A stretch of DNA of 64,000 nt, from contig DGHT01000036.1 in NCBI GenBank assembly GCA_002392765.1, positions 2,870 to 66,869 of the forward strand. Direction: 5' to 3'. Shown here piece after piece: positions 19,015 through 27,708 of the stretch. How positions within the stretch are numbered: position 1 is the first letter of the stretch; each line of letters opens with the position of its first letter. The notes below the pieces were generated by a model that worked only from the letters and a program-made list of their open reading frames with translations, did no database searches and was not told the origin of the DNA. Both the position numbers and the translations under genes were made by a program. The stretch comes from Verrucomicrobia bacterium UBA3841. Its GTDB lineage: Bacteria; Verrucomicrobiota; Kiritimatiellia; RFP12; UBA1067.

Positions 19015-19633
19015 GAAAACCGTTGTCGTCACCGGCGGCGCGGGCCGCATCGGAAAGGCGATAGCCGCGAGGCTTGCAAAGGACGGGTGGCGCGTCGTCG
19101 TCACGTCCAGCCGCCGCGGCGCGGGCGCGGACGCCGTTGCGGATCTTTCCGTCGACGGCGGCGCCGACCGGCTTTTCGCCGCGGTGCTTGAAATCACTGG
19201 CGGAAAGGCGCCGTACGCCCTCGTGAACAACGCAGGACTGTTTTCCGGCCCCGGCGCCGCAATCGAAAACGTAAACTTGATCGCGCCCGTCCGTCTTACG
19301 GAACTCATGTCGGACCGCGAGGGAACGGGAGCGGTCGTGAACATCCTCGACAGGGATTTCCCGGCCGGCCGCGCGTATTCGAAAGACTTCGCAGACGCCT
19401 ACGCGAAATCGAAAGCGCTTCTCGCCAGAAGGACGCTTGAGGATGCCCGCAGATATTCTGGCGTGTTGAGGGTGAACGGTGTCGCGCCCGGACCCGTGTT
19501 CCCCCCGCCCTGCGGCGGTGTGAAAGCGTCGTCCGCGCCTTTCGGCAGGCCGACGGCGGAGCAGGTTGCGGACGCCGTCGCCTTTCTCCTGTCCGCCCCG
19601 ACGGTCTCCGGCGCAATCATCCCCGTCGGCTGA
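19001..19633 (+). CDS. Short-chain dehydrogenase/reductase (SDR), short form
   Basis: GTG start. TGGAGRIGKA Rossmann motif, NNAG, YAKSK (YxxxK). 210 aa. Confidence 0.6.
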   Translation: MPEPEKTVVVTGGAGRIGKAIAARLAKDGWRVVVTSSRRGAGADAVADLSVDGGADRLFAAVLEITGGKAPYALVNNAGLFSGPGAAIENVNLIAPVRLTELMSDREGTGAVVNILDRDFPAGRAYSKDFADAYAKSKALLARRTLEDARRYSGVLRVNGVAPGPVFPPPCGGVKASSAPFGRPTAEQVADAVAFLLSAPTVSGAIIPVG

Positions 19634-19687
19634 GTGATCGCGCCCTGCCGGCGCCGTGTAACTTTTTTGCGGACAATCCGCCTTCTT

Positions 19688-19698
19688 TGTGATATAAT
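19688..19698 (+). promoter_or_regulatory. Extended -10 promoter TGTGATATAAT, 7 nt before the ATG at 19706 (leaderless)
   Basis: TATAAT at 19693-19698; ATG at 19706. Confidence 0.45.
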
Positions 19699-19705
19699 CT
19701 AGCAT

Positions 19706-20734
19706 ATGAAACTCAAGCATGCAGCGATTATAGCGCTCGCAGTCGCGCCGGCTTTTGCGCTGGCGCAAGGGCTGGGCGTTTCGCCTTCGTCTTCCGTCCG
19801 GTATGCGACAGACGCGTATCCGGGGTTCGACGACGAGGCGCATATACTTCCGCCTGAAAAGAAGGAGCCGGGGTTGTTTTCCTGGTGGTCCGGTCCGAAA
19901 ATGGACAATCCGAAAGACCAGCTGGACTGGGCGCGCGAGTGCGCCGGAAACGGTAGCTGGAGGAAGGCCAAAAAGGCGTACGACGCGCTCGTCGCCGAAT
20001 GGCCGGCGAGCCCGGAAGCGCCGGTCGCTCAAGAGGAACTGGCCGACCTCTATTTTTCGAAGTACAACTACTGGTCCGACGCCTTCGCCGAGTACAGGTA
20101 TCTGCTGGATTTCTATTCCGGAGAATGCGACTACGACAAGATCGCCGAACGTATGTATGAAACGGCGAAGCTGATGCGCGAGGAAGGGAAGAAGATACTT
20201 TTCTTCAGAATCGCGAATTCCACCGAAGTGCGGCGCGCGTTCGAGGCTGTCGTCAGAAGGGCTCCGGGCGCGGTTTTCGCATCCGATGCCATGGTGCAGG
20301 TGGCCGAACTGCGCGAAGAGGAGGGGGAACTCGACAAGGCCGTCGAGGTGTACGAAAACATCCGCAATCTCTTCCCCGGCGAAGAAGTGTCCAAGAAGGC
20401 GCTGATGCGCGAGGCGGAAGTCCGCATGAAAATCCTGCGGAAGCATTCCTACAACCGGCCGAGGGCCATCGACACGTCGGCGTTTTTGCGTCTCGCGCTC
20501 GCCTCGAATCCGGGCTACCGCGAGAAGGCCGAACTGGAGCGCTGGCTTGAAGAGGCGGTGTCCGTCCTGGAAGAGGATGCGTACCGGGCGGCGAAGTTCT
20601 ACGATTCCAAGACCCGCACGAGGGAAAGCGCGATAAACGCCTACGAGAAGTTCCTGATAGAATATCCGGCGAGCAAGTATGTCGGAGACGTCCGGGACAG
20701 GCTGTCCGCGCTGAAGGAGGGAAAGGGCAAATGA
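19706..20734 (+). CDS. TPR-type outer-membrane assembly lipoprotein, BamD/YfiO-like
   Basis: Signal peptide MKLKHAAIIALAVAPAFALAQG. TPR-like helical repeats. Immediately followed by an LptE-like lipoprotein. Confidence 0.5.
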   Translation: MKLKHAAIIALAVAPAFALAQGLGVSPSSSVRYATDAYPGFDDEAHILPPEKKEPGLFSWWSGPKMDNPKDQLDWARECAGNGSWRKAKKAYDALVAEWPASPEAPVAQEELADLYFSKYNYWSDAFAEYRYLLDFYSGECDYDKIAERMYETAKLMREEGKKILFFRIANSTEVRRAFEAVVRRAPGAVFASDAMVQVAELREEEGELDKAVEVYENIRNLFPGEEVSKKALMREAEVRMKILRKHSYNRPRAIDTSAFLRLALASNPGYREKAELERWLEEAVSVLEEDAYRAAKFYDSKTRTRESAINAYEKFLIEYPASKYVGDVRDRLSALKEGKGK

Positions 20735-21246
20735 GATTTTTGGCAATGGCGGCGGCCGCCGTTCTCGCGGGATGCGCCTCATATTCCTGGAAGAGTTCCG
20801 TGCCGCCGGATCTCCGCAGGATTTCGGTGTCCGTTTTCAGAAACGAAAGCGATGTCACGGGGCTTGGCGAAAAGGTCGCCGCGCAAGTCCTGCGCGAACT
20901 GCAGCGCGAGGGGACGTTCGAAATCGCGCCCCTGGACGAATGCGACGTGGAGATACAGGGCGTCGTGAAATCCGATTCCGTATCAACCGTGGCGTATGAA
21001 AGGCGCACGGGGGCGAGGACGCGCGAACACAGCCTCAAGGCCGTCGCCGAGGTCAGCTTTGTGAACAAGGCGGCGGGGACGGTCGTCGAGAACAGGCGCA
21101 AATATTCCGCCGCGACAACATTTCTCGCGAACGACGACATAACCACGGGCGCGATGGACGCGTCGGGACGCCTGGCGGAGGATTTCGCAAGGCAGATCGT
21201 CGATGACGCGCTGGATATCGATTGGAAGAAAGGAGCCGGACAATGA
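20731..21246 (+). CDS. LptE-like LPS-assembly lipoprotein
   Basis: Lipobox LAGCAS. About 170 aa. ATG overlaps the upstream TGA. Confidence 0.45.
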   Translation: MRFLAMAAAAVLAGCASYSWKSSVPPDLRRISVSVFRNESDVTGLGEKVAAQVLRELQREGTFEIAPLDECDVEIQGVVKSDSVSTVAYERRTGARTREHSLKAVAEVSFVNKAAGTVVENRRKYSAATTFLANDDITTGAMDASGRLAEDFARQIVDDALDIDWKKGAGQ

Positions 21247-21551
21247 ACGAAGTGCATGCCGTAATAGAACTCAAGATCACTCCGCAGCGCGACAGCGGTT
21301 TCGGGAAGATCGCGGAGAAGGTCGCGAAATACGAACAGGTGGACGCCTGTTTCCTGATGTCGGGCGGATACGATCTGCTCGTGTTCGTGAAAGGGTCGAG
21401 CCTCCAGGACGTCGCGCTGTTCGTCGCGCAGGATCTTTCGACGATCGACGGCGTGCTGTCCACGGCGACGCATTTCATGTTGAAAACCTACAAGGCGAAA
21501 GGCGTGCTCGATTTCGATACGGATGACGGACGTCTTGCCGTGACACCCTGA
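21243..21551 (+). CDS. Stand-alone AsnC/Lrp C-terminal (RAM) ligand-binding domain protein
   Basis: 102 aa. The VHAVIELKITPQ...VDACFLMSGGYDLLVFV pattern resembles the RAM domain. No HTH. Confidence 0.45.
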   Translation: MNEVHAVIELKITPQRDSGFGKIAEKVAKYEQVDACFLMSGGYDLLVFVKGSSLQDVALFVAQDLSTIDGVLSTATHFMLKTYKAKGVLDFDTDDGRLAVTP

Positions 21552-21567
21552 AGGAAAGGATTCGAAA

Positions 21568-22956
21568 ATGGCAGTCGATTTGGCGCAGAAGGCGCAGAAT
21601 TTCACCAATCGCGGACGTCAGGCCCTCGAGTCGGGCCGTTACGAACTCGCTGTTGACATGCTGATGGAGGCCGTTTCCGCGGCGCCGGACGTCCTTGAAA
21701 CGAGAAAACTTCTCAGAGCCGCGCAGATAGCCAACTTCCGCAAGAACGGAAAGACCGGTTTCGGCGCGAAACTCGGTTGCATGATGGAACGCCAGAAGAT
21801 CATGGGCCTTGTCAAGAAGGGCCAGGGCGTCGCGGCGATGGCCGAAGCGGAAAAACTCCTTTGCAAAAACCCGCTTGACGGCGACAATATCGAGGTTGCG
21901 GTCAAAGCGGCCGAGGCCGCCGGAAAGACGGATCACGCGGCGATCACCGTCGAGGCCGCATACGAATGCAGCAACAAAGACCCCGCTCTTCTCGAGCGCG
22001 TCGCCACGTACTACCAGATGGCCAAGAACTGGGAAAAGGCGCGCGATGCGTACAAGAAACTCGCCGAACTCAAACCTGGCGACCAGAGAATCGCGCAGCT
22101 GCTCAAGAACACCGAGGCGCGCGCGACGATGGACGCGGGATGGGAGCAGTCCGTGGGCAAGAAGGGCGGATTCCAGAATCTCATCGCAAACAAGGAACAG
22201 GCCAAGAAACTCGACCAGGCCAACAAGGCGGTCGTTACCGGCGATGACGCCGAGGCCCTTATAGCCGAAAAGATCGCCCAGATCGAAAAAGAGCCGAAAA
22301 ACATGAATTTCAGACGTGCGCTCGCCCGTCTGTACACGCAGAACAAGAGGTACGAAGAAGCCATCGACTGCCTCCAGAAGGCGATTGAAGCCGCCGGGTC
22401 GATGGATCCGGAACTCGACAGGATGCTGTCGCAGACGCAAATTCAGTATTTCGACCAGAAGATCGGCGAGTACCGTCAGGCCGGGGACGAAGCGACGGCC
22501 CAAGAACTCGAGGCGCAGAAGAACCAGTTCGTGTTCGACGATCTCGCGGCCCGCGTGGAGCGCTATCCGAACGATCTCCATCTGCGCTACGAACTTGGCG
22601 TGCAGTACTACACCTACGAATACTACGACGAGGCGCTCGAACACCTGCAGCTTGCGCAGAAGAGCCCGAAAGACCGTCTGTGGGCTCTCTACTACCTTGC
22701 CATGTGCTTCCTGATGAAGGGCCAGACGGACATGGCGGTGATGCAGCTCGAGACGGCGCGCGATGCGATTCCGACGATGGACGACCTGAAGAAGAAGGTC
22801 GTATACCAGCTCGGTCTGTGCGCGGAGTCCTCCGGCGATCTCGAAAAGGCGTACCAGTACTACAAAGACGTGTATTCGACGGATGTCGGTTTCGCGGATC
22901 TTTCCGAGCGCATGCTTGCCGTGTCCCAGGCGCTGAAACAGGCGGGCGCGAATTGA
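21568..22956 (+). CDS. Tetratricopeptide-repeat protein
   Basis: Multiple TPR-like helical hairpins (e.g. ARLYTQNKRYEEAIDCLQKAIE). Shine-Dalgarno GAAGGAAAGGA before the ATG. The opposite-strand 499-aa ORF is rejected as an artefact. Confidence 0.6.
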   Translation: MAVDLAQKAQNFTNRGRQALESGRYELAVDMLMEAVSAAPDVLETRKLLRAAQIANFRKNGKTGFGAKLGCMMERQKIMGLVKKGQGVAAMAEAEKLLCKNPLDGDNIEVAVKAAEAAGKTDHAAITVEAAYECSNKDPALLERVATYYQMAKNWEKARDAYKKLAELKPGDQRIAQLLKNTEARATMDAGWEQSVGKKGGFQNLIANKEQAKKLDQANKAVVTGDDAEALIAEKIAQIEKEPKNMNFRRALARLYTQNKRYEEAIDCLQKAIEAAGSMDPELDRMLSQTQIQYFDQKIGEYRQAGDEATAQELEAQKNQFVFDDLAARVERYPNDLHLRYELGVQYYTYEYYDEALEHLQLAQKSPKDRLWALYYLAMCFLMKGQTDMAVMQLETARDAIPTMDDLKKKVVYQLGLCAESSGDLEKAYQYYKDVYSTDVGFADLSERMLAVSQALKQAGAN

Positions 22957-23015
22957 CGCGGCGCGCAAACGCAAATCTTCCGCGAAAGCGGCGTCTGAAC
23001 ATGCGGGGGAGGGAT

Positions 23016-23090
23016 TGGCAGCCCCAAGGAGAGTCGAACTCCTCTACCAAGCATGAAAAGCTCGTGTCCTAGCCGATAGACGATGGGGCC
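23016..23090 (-). tRNA. tRNA-Glu (anticodon UUC)
   Basis: Reverse complement folds as a cloverleaf: acceptor GGCCCCA/TGGGGCT (G1-U72), D-stem GTCT/GGAC, anticodon stem CGAGC/GCTTG, loop TTTTCAT (UUC), T-arm AGGAG-TTCGACT-CTCCT, discriminator G, encoded CCA. Confidence 0.85.
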
Positions 23091-23107
23091 GCGATTTAAT
23101 GTCAGAT

Positions 23108-23136
23108 ATTCTACCATATAATTTTGAACAAGTCAA
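23108..23136 (-). promoter_or_regulatory. Sigma70-like promoter for tRNA-Glu (-35 TTGACT, 17-bp spacer, -10 TAGAAT) in the divergent region shared with dprA
   Basis: Minus-strand read: TTGACT-tgttcaaaattatatgg-TAGAAT, then about 17 nt to tRNA +1. Confidence 0.55.
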
Positions 23137-23142
23137 TATAAA

Positions 23143-24246
23143 ATGTTGGAAAAAGAGGCTTATGTCGCATTCAACCTTACCGAACGGATCGGTTCGGTAA
23201 AGGTTGCCGAACTCGCCGGACGCTGCGGCGGAGTCGCGGAAGCATACGCCCGCTATCCAGACAAGATTTCCCGCGCGGGCGGACCGGTTGACGTTGAAAG
23301 GGAGTTCGCCCTCGCCAGAAAATACGGCATGGAGATACTCACGCCGGCCGACGACGCATATCCGGAAATGCTGAGGGATATTCCCGGCCGGCCGCTGGCG
23401 ATCTACGTAAAAGGGGACGTGAAAGCCCTGTCCAGGCCATCGGTGTCCATAGTGGGTACGAGACGGGCCACGCCGTACGGACTCGACCAGGCGTACAGGA
23501 TTTCCCGCGATCTCGCATCGGCGGGCTGGTGCATCGTTTCCGGGCTCGCCGTCGGGATAGACGCGAGGGCCCACCGGGGCGCGCTCGATGCGTCCGGGAT
23601 TACGGTAGGCGTTCTCGGTTCCGCGCTAGACGAATTCTATCCGGACGAGAACAGGGAACTCGCCCGCGAAATCGTCGCCAAGGGCGGCGCGGTCATAAGC
23701 GAGTTCCCTTTCGGAAGGCAGCCGGACCAGCAGACGTTTCCCCAGCGCAACCATGTCGTCGCAGGCCTTTCGAGGGGCGTCGTGGCGGTAGAGGCCGCGA
23801 TAAAGAGCGGGACGCTGATAACGACCGGTATAGCCGCAGAGATCGGGCGCACCGTCATGGCCGTCCCGGGAAGGGTCGATGCGCGCGGTTCCGCCGGGTG
23901 TCTTGCGCTGATACGCGACGGCGCGAGGCTTGTGAGAAACGCGCGAGACGTCGAGGACGAGCTTTCATTCCTCTGTCCGCAGTCCGCCGCGCAGAAAAGG
24001 AAGCTGTTCCCCGAACGGCGCGAAGAGAAAGAACCGGAAGCGCGCGCGTCCGTTCCGGCGCCGAAGTTCAGCGTGGAGGAATCGATCGTCATGCGGCATG
24101 TCGACGAAAACGGCGTCACGCTCGATTCGCTCGTCGAGAAGACGGGGCTTGCCGCATCGACCGTCAATTCCACCTGCATGGGGCTGAGAGTGAAAGGCAG
24201 ACTCAGGTTTCTCCCCGGAAACAGGGTCGCGGTGCCGTCCCGATAG
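23143..24246 (+). CDS. dprA: DNA processing protein DprA/Smf
   Basis: Rossmann-like DprA core (SIVGTRRATPYG, GIDARAHRGAL, ISEFPFG, HFPQRNHVVAGLS). Confidence 0.85.
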   Translation: MLEKEAYVAFNLTERIGSVKVAELAGRCGGVAEAYARYPDKISRAGGPVDVEREFALARKYGMEILTPADDAYPEMLRDIPGRPLAIYVKGDVKALSRPSVSIVGTRRATPYGLDQAYRISRDLASAGWCIVSGLAVGIDARAHRGALDASGITVGVLGSALDEFYPDENRELAREIVAKGGAVISEFPFGRQPDQQTFPQRNHVVAGLSRGVVAVEAAIKSGTLITTGIAAEIGRTVMAVPGRVDARGSAGCLALIRDGARLVRNARDVEDELSFLCPQSAAQKRKLFPERREEKEPEARASVPAPKFSVEESIVMRHVDENGVTLDSLVEKTGLAASTVNSTCMGLRVKGRLRFLPGNRVAVPSR

Positions 24247-24247
24247 A

Positions 24248-25045
24248 ATGAAAGCGAACTTCCATACGCATACGACGTGGTGCGACGGAAAGGACACTCC
24301 GCGCGCAGTGGCCGAATCTGCGATGGCCAAGGGTTTCGACTGCCTGGGGTTTTCTTCGCATGCGATGCTTCCCGGGCGTTTCCTGGACTGGGCCCTGACG
24401 CCGGAAAAGGCGCCTCTGTACGCGGCGGACATCCGCGCTCTCGCAGCCGAATACGCGGGACGGCTGCGGATTCTGTGCGGCGTCGAAGCCGACTGGCTCG
24501 AGGGCGAAGCCGAGCCGTCGTACGCCGCTTATTCGCCGGTCGCGCCGGACTACATTATCGGTTCGGTGCATTTCATCCGCACGGCCGGAGGGAATGTCGC
24601 CGAAGTCGACAAATCACCGGAGTCTATGGAAGCATCGGTGCGCGACTTTTTCGGATCCGATGTCAGGGCGTTCGTCGAAGCGTATTTCAAGGCCGTGAGG
24701 GAATCGCTCGCATTCGATTTCGACATAGTCGGACATCCCGATCTCGTAAGAAAATTCAACGCGGGCGGCAGGTACTTCGACGAAACGGCGCCGTGGTATG
24801 TCAAGGCGATGGAAAATACGGCGGACGCAATCGCCTCGAGCGGCAAGATCGTGGAGATCAACACCGGCGCGATTTCGCGCGGCTGGCTCGACGACGCGTA
24901 TCCGTCGGCGGCGTTCCGCGCAATGCTGCGCGAAAGAGGCGTCCGCTTCGTTCTTTCCGCCGACGCGCACAGCGCAAGCGCGATCGACTGCGCGTTCGAC
25001 AGGTTTTCCGGCTGCGAAACCCTGGTCCCCGGAGAAATCGCCTGA
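24248..25045 (+). CDS. PHP-domain phosphoesterase (HisJ-family histidinol-phosphatase-like)
   Basis: MKANFHTHTTWCDGKD N-terminus and further His clusters typical of the PHP fold. Confidence 0.7.
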   Translation: MKANFHTHTTWCDGKDTPRAVAESAMAKGFDCLGFSSHAMLPGRFLDWALTPEKAPLYAADIRALAAEYAGRLRILCGVEADWLEGEAEPSYAAYSPVAPDYIIGSVHFIRTAGGNVAEVDKSPESMEASVRDFFGSDVRAFVEAYFKAVRESLAFDFDIVGHPDLVRKFNAGGRYFDETAPWYVKAMENTADAIASSGKIVEINTGAISRGWLDDAYPSAAFRAMLRERGVRFVLSADAHSASAIDCAFDRFSGCETLVPGEIA

Positions 25046-25145
25046 CCCCTCCGGCCTCTGCGCGCGCATGCGGCGGTAAACGGACGCCACATCGGCGGAT
25101 GCAAGTTTCCTGTTGTAGATTGCAATTGCTTCAAGACCGCAGCTT

Positions 25146-25154
25146 TGATATAAT
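25146..25154 (+). promoter_or_regulatory. Extended -10 TGATATAAT promoter upstream of the ADH operon (Shine-Dalgarno GAGGAG at 25166)
   Basis: Direct read. ATG at 25181. Confidence 0.45.
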
Positions 25155-25180
25155 CACTGCAGAAGAGGAGATATTCTATC

Positions 25181-26578
25181 ATGAATGCAAAGGCATGGAG
25201 GCTCTACGGAGCAAAAGACGCGCGGCTGGAGGATGTTGAACTCGAGAGCGCTGGCGAGGATGGCGTCGTTGTGGAGATCGTGACTAACACGATCTGCCTG
25301 AGCGACTACAAGGGGATTTCCCTCGGAACCGGACACAAGCGCGTACCGAAGGATATAGCGACGAACCCGATTATGTTCGGACACGAGATCTCGGGAATCG
25401 TGCGCGAGGTCGGCGCGAAGTGGGCGTCGCAATTCAAGCCGGGACAGCGCGTCTGCATACAGCCGGCGTTCAACATCCCCGGACACGAACTCGAGACGAT
25501 GGGCTATTCGTGGCATTCAGTCGGCGGCGAGACGACGCACGTCTACCTGCCGTCGATAATCATGGAGATGGGCTGCCTCCTTCCGTACGACGGCGACGCG
25601 TACTTCAAGTGTTCGCTCGCCGAGCCGATAAGCTGCATCGTTTCCGCTTTCCGGTCGAACTACCACCATCCTTTCGGCTCGCACGTCCACGAGATGGGAA
25701 TCGAAAACGGCGGCACGATGCTCCTGATGGCCGGATGCGGCGCGATGGGGCTTGGCTGCATAGACATCGCGTGCCACTCGCCCGAAAAGCGTCCGCGCCG
25801 TCTCGTAGTCACCGATATCGACGATATGCGGCTCGAGCGCGCGGCGAGGATGTTTTTGAGGGAAGAGGGAAGGGGGAAGAGGGAAGAGGAAAGAGGCGCG
25901 ATCGTCGCTTCCGGGAAGGTGAACAATGTAGACGTTTATTTCGTGAATACGAAGAGCGTGGAAAATCCCGTCGCCTACCTCAAGTCGCTCAACAGCGACG
26001 ATCCTGTGGATGCCGCGAATCCGACTTCGACTGGCGGCGGATACGACGACATCTTCCTCTTTGCGGCCGTTCCCGCGCTCATCACGCAGTGCTCGGACCT
26101 GCTGGCGTTCGGCGGATGTCTCAACTTCTTCGCGGGGCCGACGGACCAGAAGCTCTCCGCGCCGTTCAACTTCTACAACATCCACTACATGAACCACCAC
26201 ATCGTCGCCAACTCCGGCGGCGACGTGAAGGACATGTCCGACTCGGTCGACTGGATCGGCAAAGGATACCTCCATCCCGAGGTGATGATAACCCATGTCG
26301 GCGGACTTTCCTCCGCCGCGCAGGCAACGCTGGATCTGCCCAACATCCCGGGCGGCAAGCGTCTCGTGTACACGCATGTAGACATGCCTATGGTCGCAAT
26401 CTCCGACTTCGCGGAAAAGGGCAAGTCCGATCCTTTCTACGCCGAACTCGACCGCATCTGCACCGCGAACAGCGGGCTCTGGTGCAAGGAGGCGGAGGAC
26501 TTCCTTCTTGCAAACGCGCCGAAGATTTCCATCGGCGCACCGAAGGAAAAGATCGTGGAGCGGCGGATCGTGCTGTAA
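25181..26578 (+). CDS. Zinc-dependent alcohol/polyol(-phosphate) dehydrogenase (MDR family) carrying an in-frame Glu/Arg/Gly-rich insertion
   Basis: GHEISG catalytic-zinc motif, GCGAMG Rossmann motif. 465 aa. Inserted FLREEGRGKREEERGA is encoded by a (GAGGGAA)n purine repeat at 25853-25900. Confidence 0.7.
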   Translation: MNAKAWRLYGAKDARLEDVELESAGEDGVVVEIVTNTICLSDYKGISLGTGHKRVPKDIATNPIMFGHEISGIVREVGAKWASQFKPGQRVCIQPAFNIPGHELETMGYSWHSVGGETTHVYLPSIIMEMGCLLPYDGDAYFKCSLAEPISCIVSAFRSNYHHPFGSHVHEMGIENGGTMLLMAGCGAMGLGCIDIACHSPEKRPRRLVVTDIDDMRLERAARMFLREEGRGKREEERGAIVASGKVNNVDVYFVNTKSVENPVAYLKSLNSDDPVDAANPTSTGGGYDDIFLFAAVPALITQCSDLLAFGGCLNFFAGPTDQKLSAPFNFYNIHYMNHHIVANSGGDVKDMSDSVDWIGKGYLHPEVMITHVGGLSSAAQATLDLPNIPGGKRLVYTHVDMPMVAISDFAEKGKSDPFYAELDRICTANSGLWCKEAEDFLLANAPKISIGAPKEKIVERRIVL

Positions 26579-26589
26579 TCGAGGCGGTC

Positions 26590-27708
26590 ATGGAAAACAC
26601 GGACACCAGATTCTTCTGCCTTTGCATGAGCCCTGCGATCGATGCGACGGTGAGGCTGCCGCATGCGCCGAGGGGCGAAGGCGAAATCTTCAAGGATGTC
26701 GCCGAGGATGAGAACGTGGGCGGAAAGGCCGTCAACGTCGCTCGCTGGCTGGCGATAAGAGGCGCGGAGGTCGCCTGCGGCGGACTTCTCGGCGAGGACA
26801 ACGACAGGCCTTTCGTCAAGGAACTTGCAAAGTACGCCATCGAGGACAGATTCGTGCGCGTTCCCGGAGCGACTCGCAGAAACGAGATGATCGTGTGGCC
26901 GGGAGGATCGGTGAAGCTCAACCGCGCGGCTTTTCCCGGATTGGGGAACGGGACGGCCGGGACAGGCGGGACAGATGTGACGGCCAGGGCGATTGACGCT
27001 TTGGCAGACGATGTTTTGTCGCGGTTGTCCGGTTCGTCTAAGATGTCCCGCGCTGACGCCGTAGCGGTCCTTTCCGGTTCGCTGCCGCCCGCCGTCCCGA
27101 AAGATTTCTACGCGAAGGCCGTCGCGCTGTTGAAGTCGCTCGGCTTGACCGTGGTTCTCGACGCGAGCGGCGAGGCCATGAAACTCGCGCTAGACGCCGG
27201 GCCCGACCTCATAAAGCCAAATGCGGAAGAATGCGAAGCGCTCGTCGGATTCGTTCCGGATACGCCGGAAGGGTTTGCCAGGGCAACGGCGCTCCTCCGC
27301 GAAAAGGCGGCTCACGTCGTCATTTCAGACGGCGGATCCGGTGCGTGGTTCGACGGCGAATTCGTCGCCGCGCCGAAGGTCGACGTGACCGATACGACGG
27401 CTGCGGGCGATACTCTTCTTGCGGAATTGTGCTGGAGAATGTTTGGGGGTGGAACAGGAAAACTGGGGGAACATATCCCCCGAGCGAAGGTTGTCCGCAA
27501 CGCGGATGCCCTAGCAGGGGTGGCGTCTCGCCCGTTTGAAGAGGGAAGAGAGAAACTGGGGGAACGGGCGTCTCGCCCGTTTGATGAGGGAAGAGGAATG
27601 AGGGAAGAGGGGAAATGGGCGGTTGCCGCCGGCTCCGCCGCCTGCACCATGCCCGGCGGAGCTCCACCGCCAGTCGAACTTGTCGAACGTCTTGCGGGCG
27701 AAAGATGA
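26590..27708 (+). CDS. PfkB-family sugar-phosphate kinase (1-phosphofructokinase / tagatose-6-P kinase-like) with a repeat-derived C-terminal extension
   Basis: GGKAVNVA and DTTAAGD motifs. The C-terminal ~100 aa are encoded by the GC-rich repeat element at 27437-27610. Confidence 0.65.
   Translation: MENTDTRFFCLCMSPAIDATVRLPHAPRGEGEIFKDVAEDENVGGKAVNVARWLAIRGAEVACGGLLGEDNDRPFVKELAKYAIEDRFVRVPGATRRNEMIVWPGGSVKLNRAAFPGLGNGTAGTGGTDVTARAIDALADDVLSRLSGSSKMSRADAVAVLSGSLPPAVPKDFYAKAVALLKSLGLTVVLDASGEAMKLALDAGPDLIKPNAEECEALVGFVPDTPEGFARATALLREKAAHVVISDGGSGAWFDGEFVAAPKVDVTDTTAAGDTLLAELCWRMFGGGTGKLGEHIPRAKVVRNADALAGVASRPFEEGREKLGERASRPFDEGRGMREEGKWAVAAGSAACTMPGGAPPPVELVERLAGER
27437..27610 (+). repeat. 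GC/purine-rich interspersed repeat (element A) copy 1, inside the PfkB 3' coding region
   Basis: Reverse complement matches 51116-51275 (shared blocks aacgggcgagacgccacccctgctagggcatc, gcgttgcggacaaccttcg, ctcgggggatatgttcccccag). Contains two copies of gcgtctcgcccgtttga and GAGGGAAGAGG tails. Confidence 0.6.

Noticed and set aside
21475-22974. 499-aa minus-strand ORF antisense to the TPR gene, and similar long antisense ORFs (481-2454, 3394-4500, 4226-5692, 18947-20782, 40956-42518, 42609-43940, 46751-48355, 48626-50323, 61574-62926)
   Set aside because: All overlap plus-strand genes with clear family signatures. Their translations are dominated by R/A/P/G/S and lack start-context signals.
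22978-22989. CCGC-GAAA-GCGG hairpin as an intrinsic terminator for the TPR gene or tRNA
   Set aside because: Only a 4-bp stem and no adjoining U-tract on either strand. Mentioned only as a possible processing structure.
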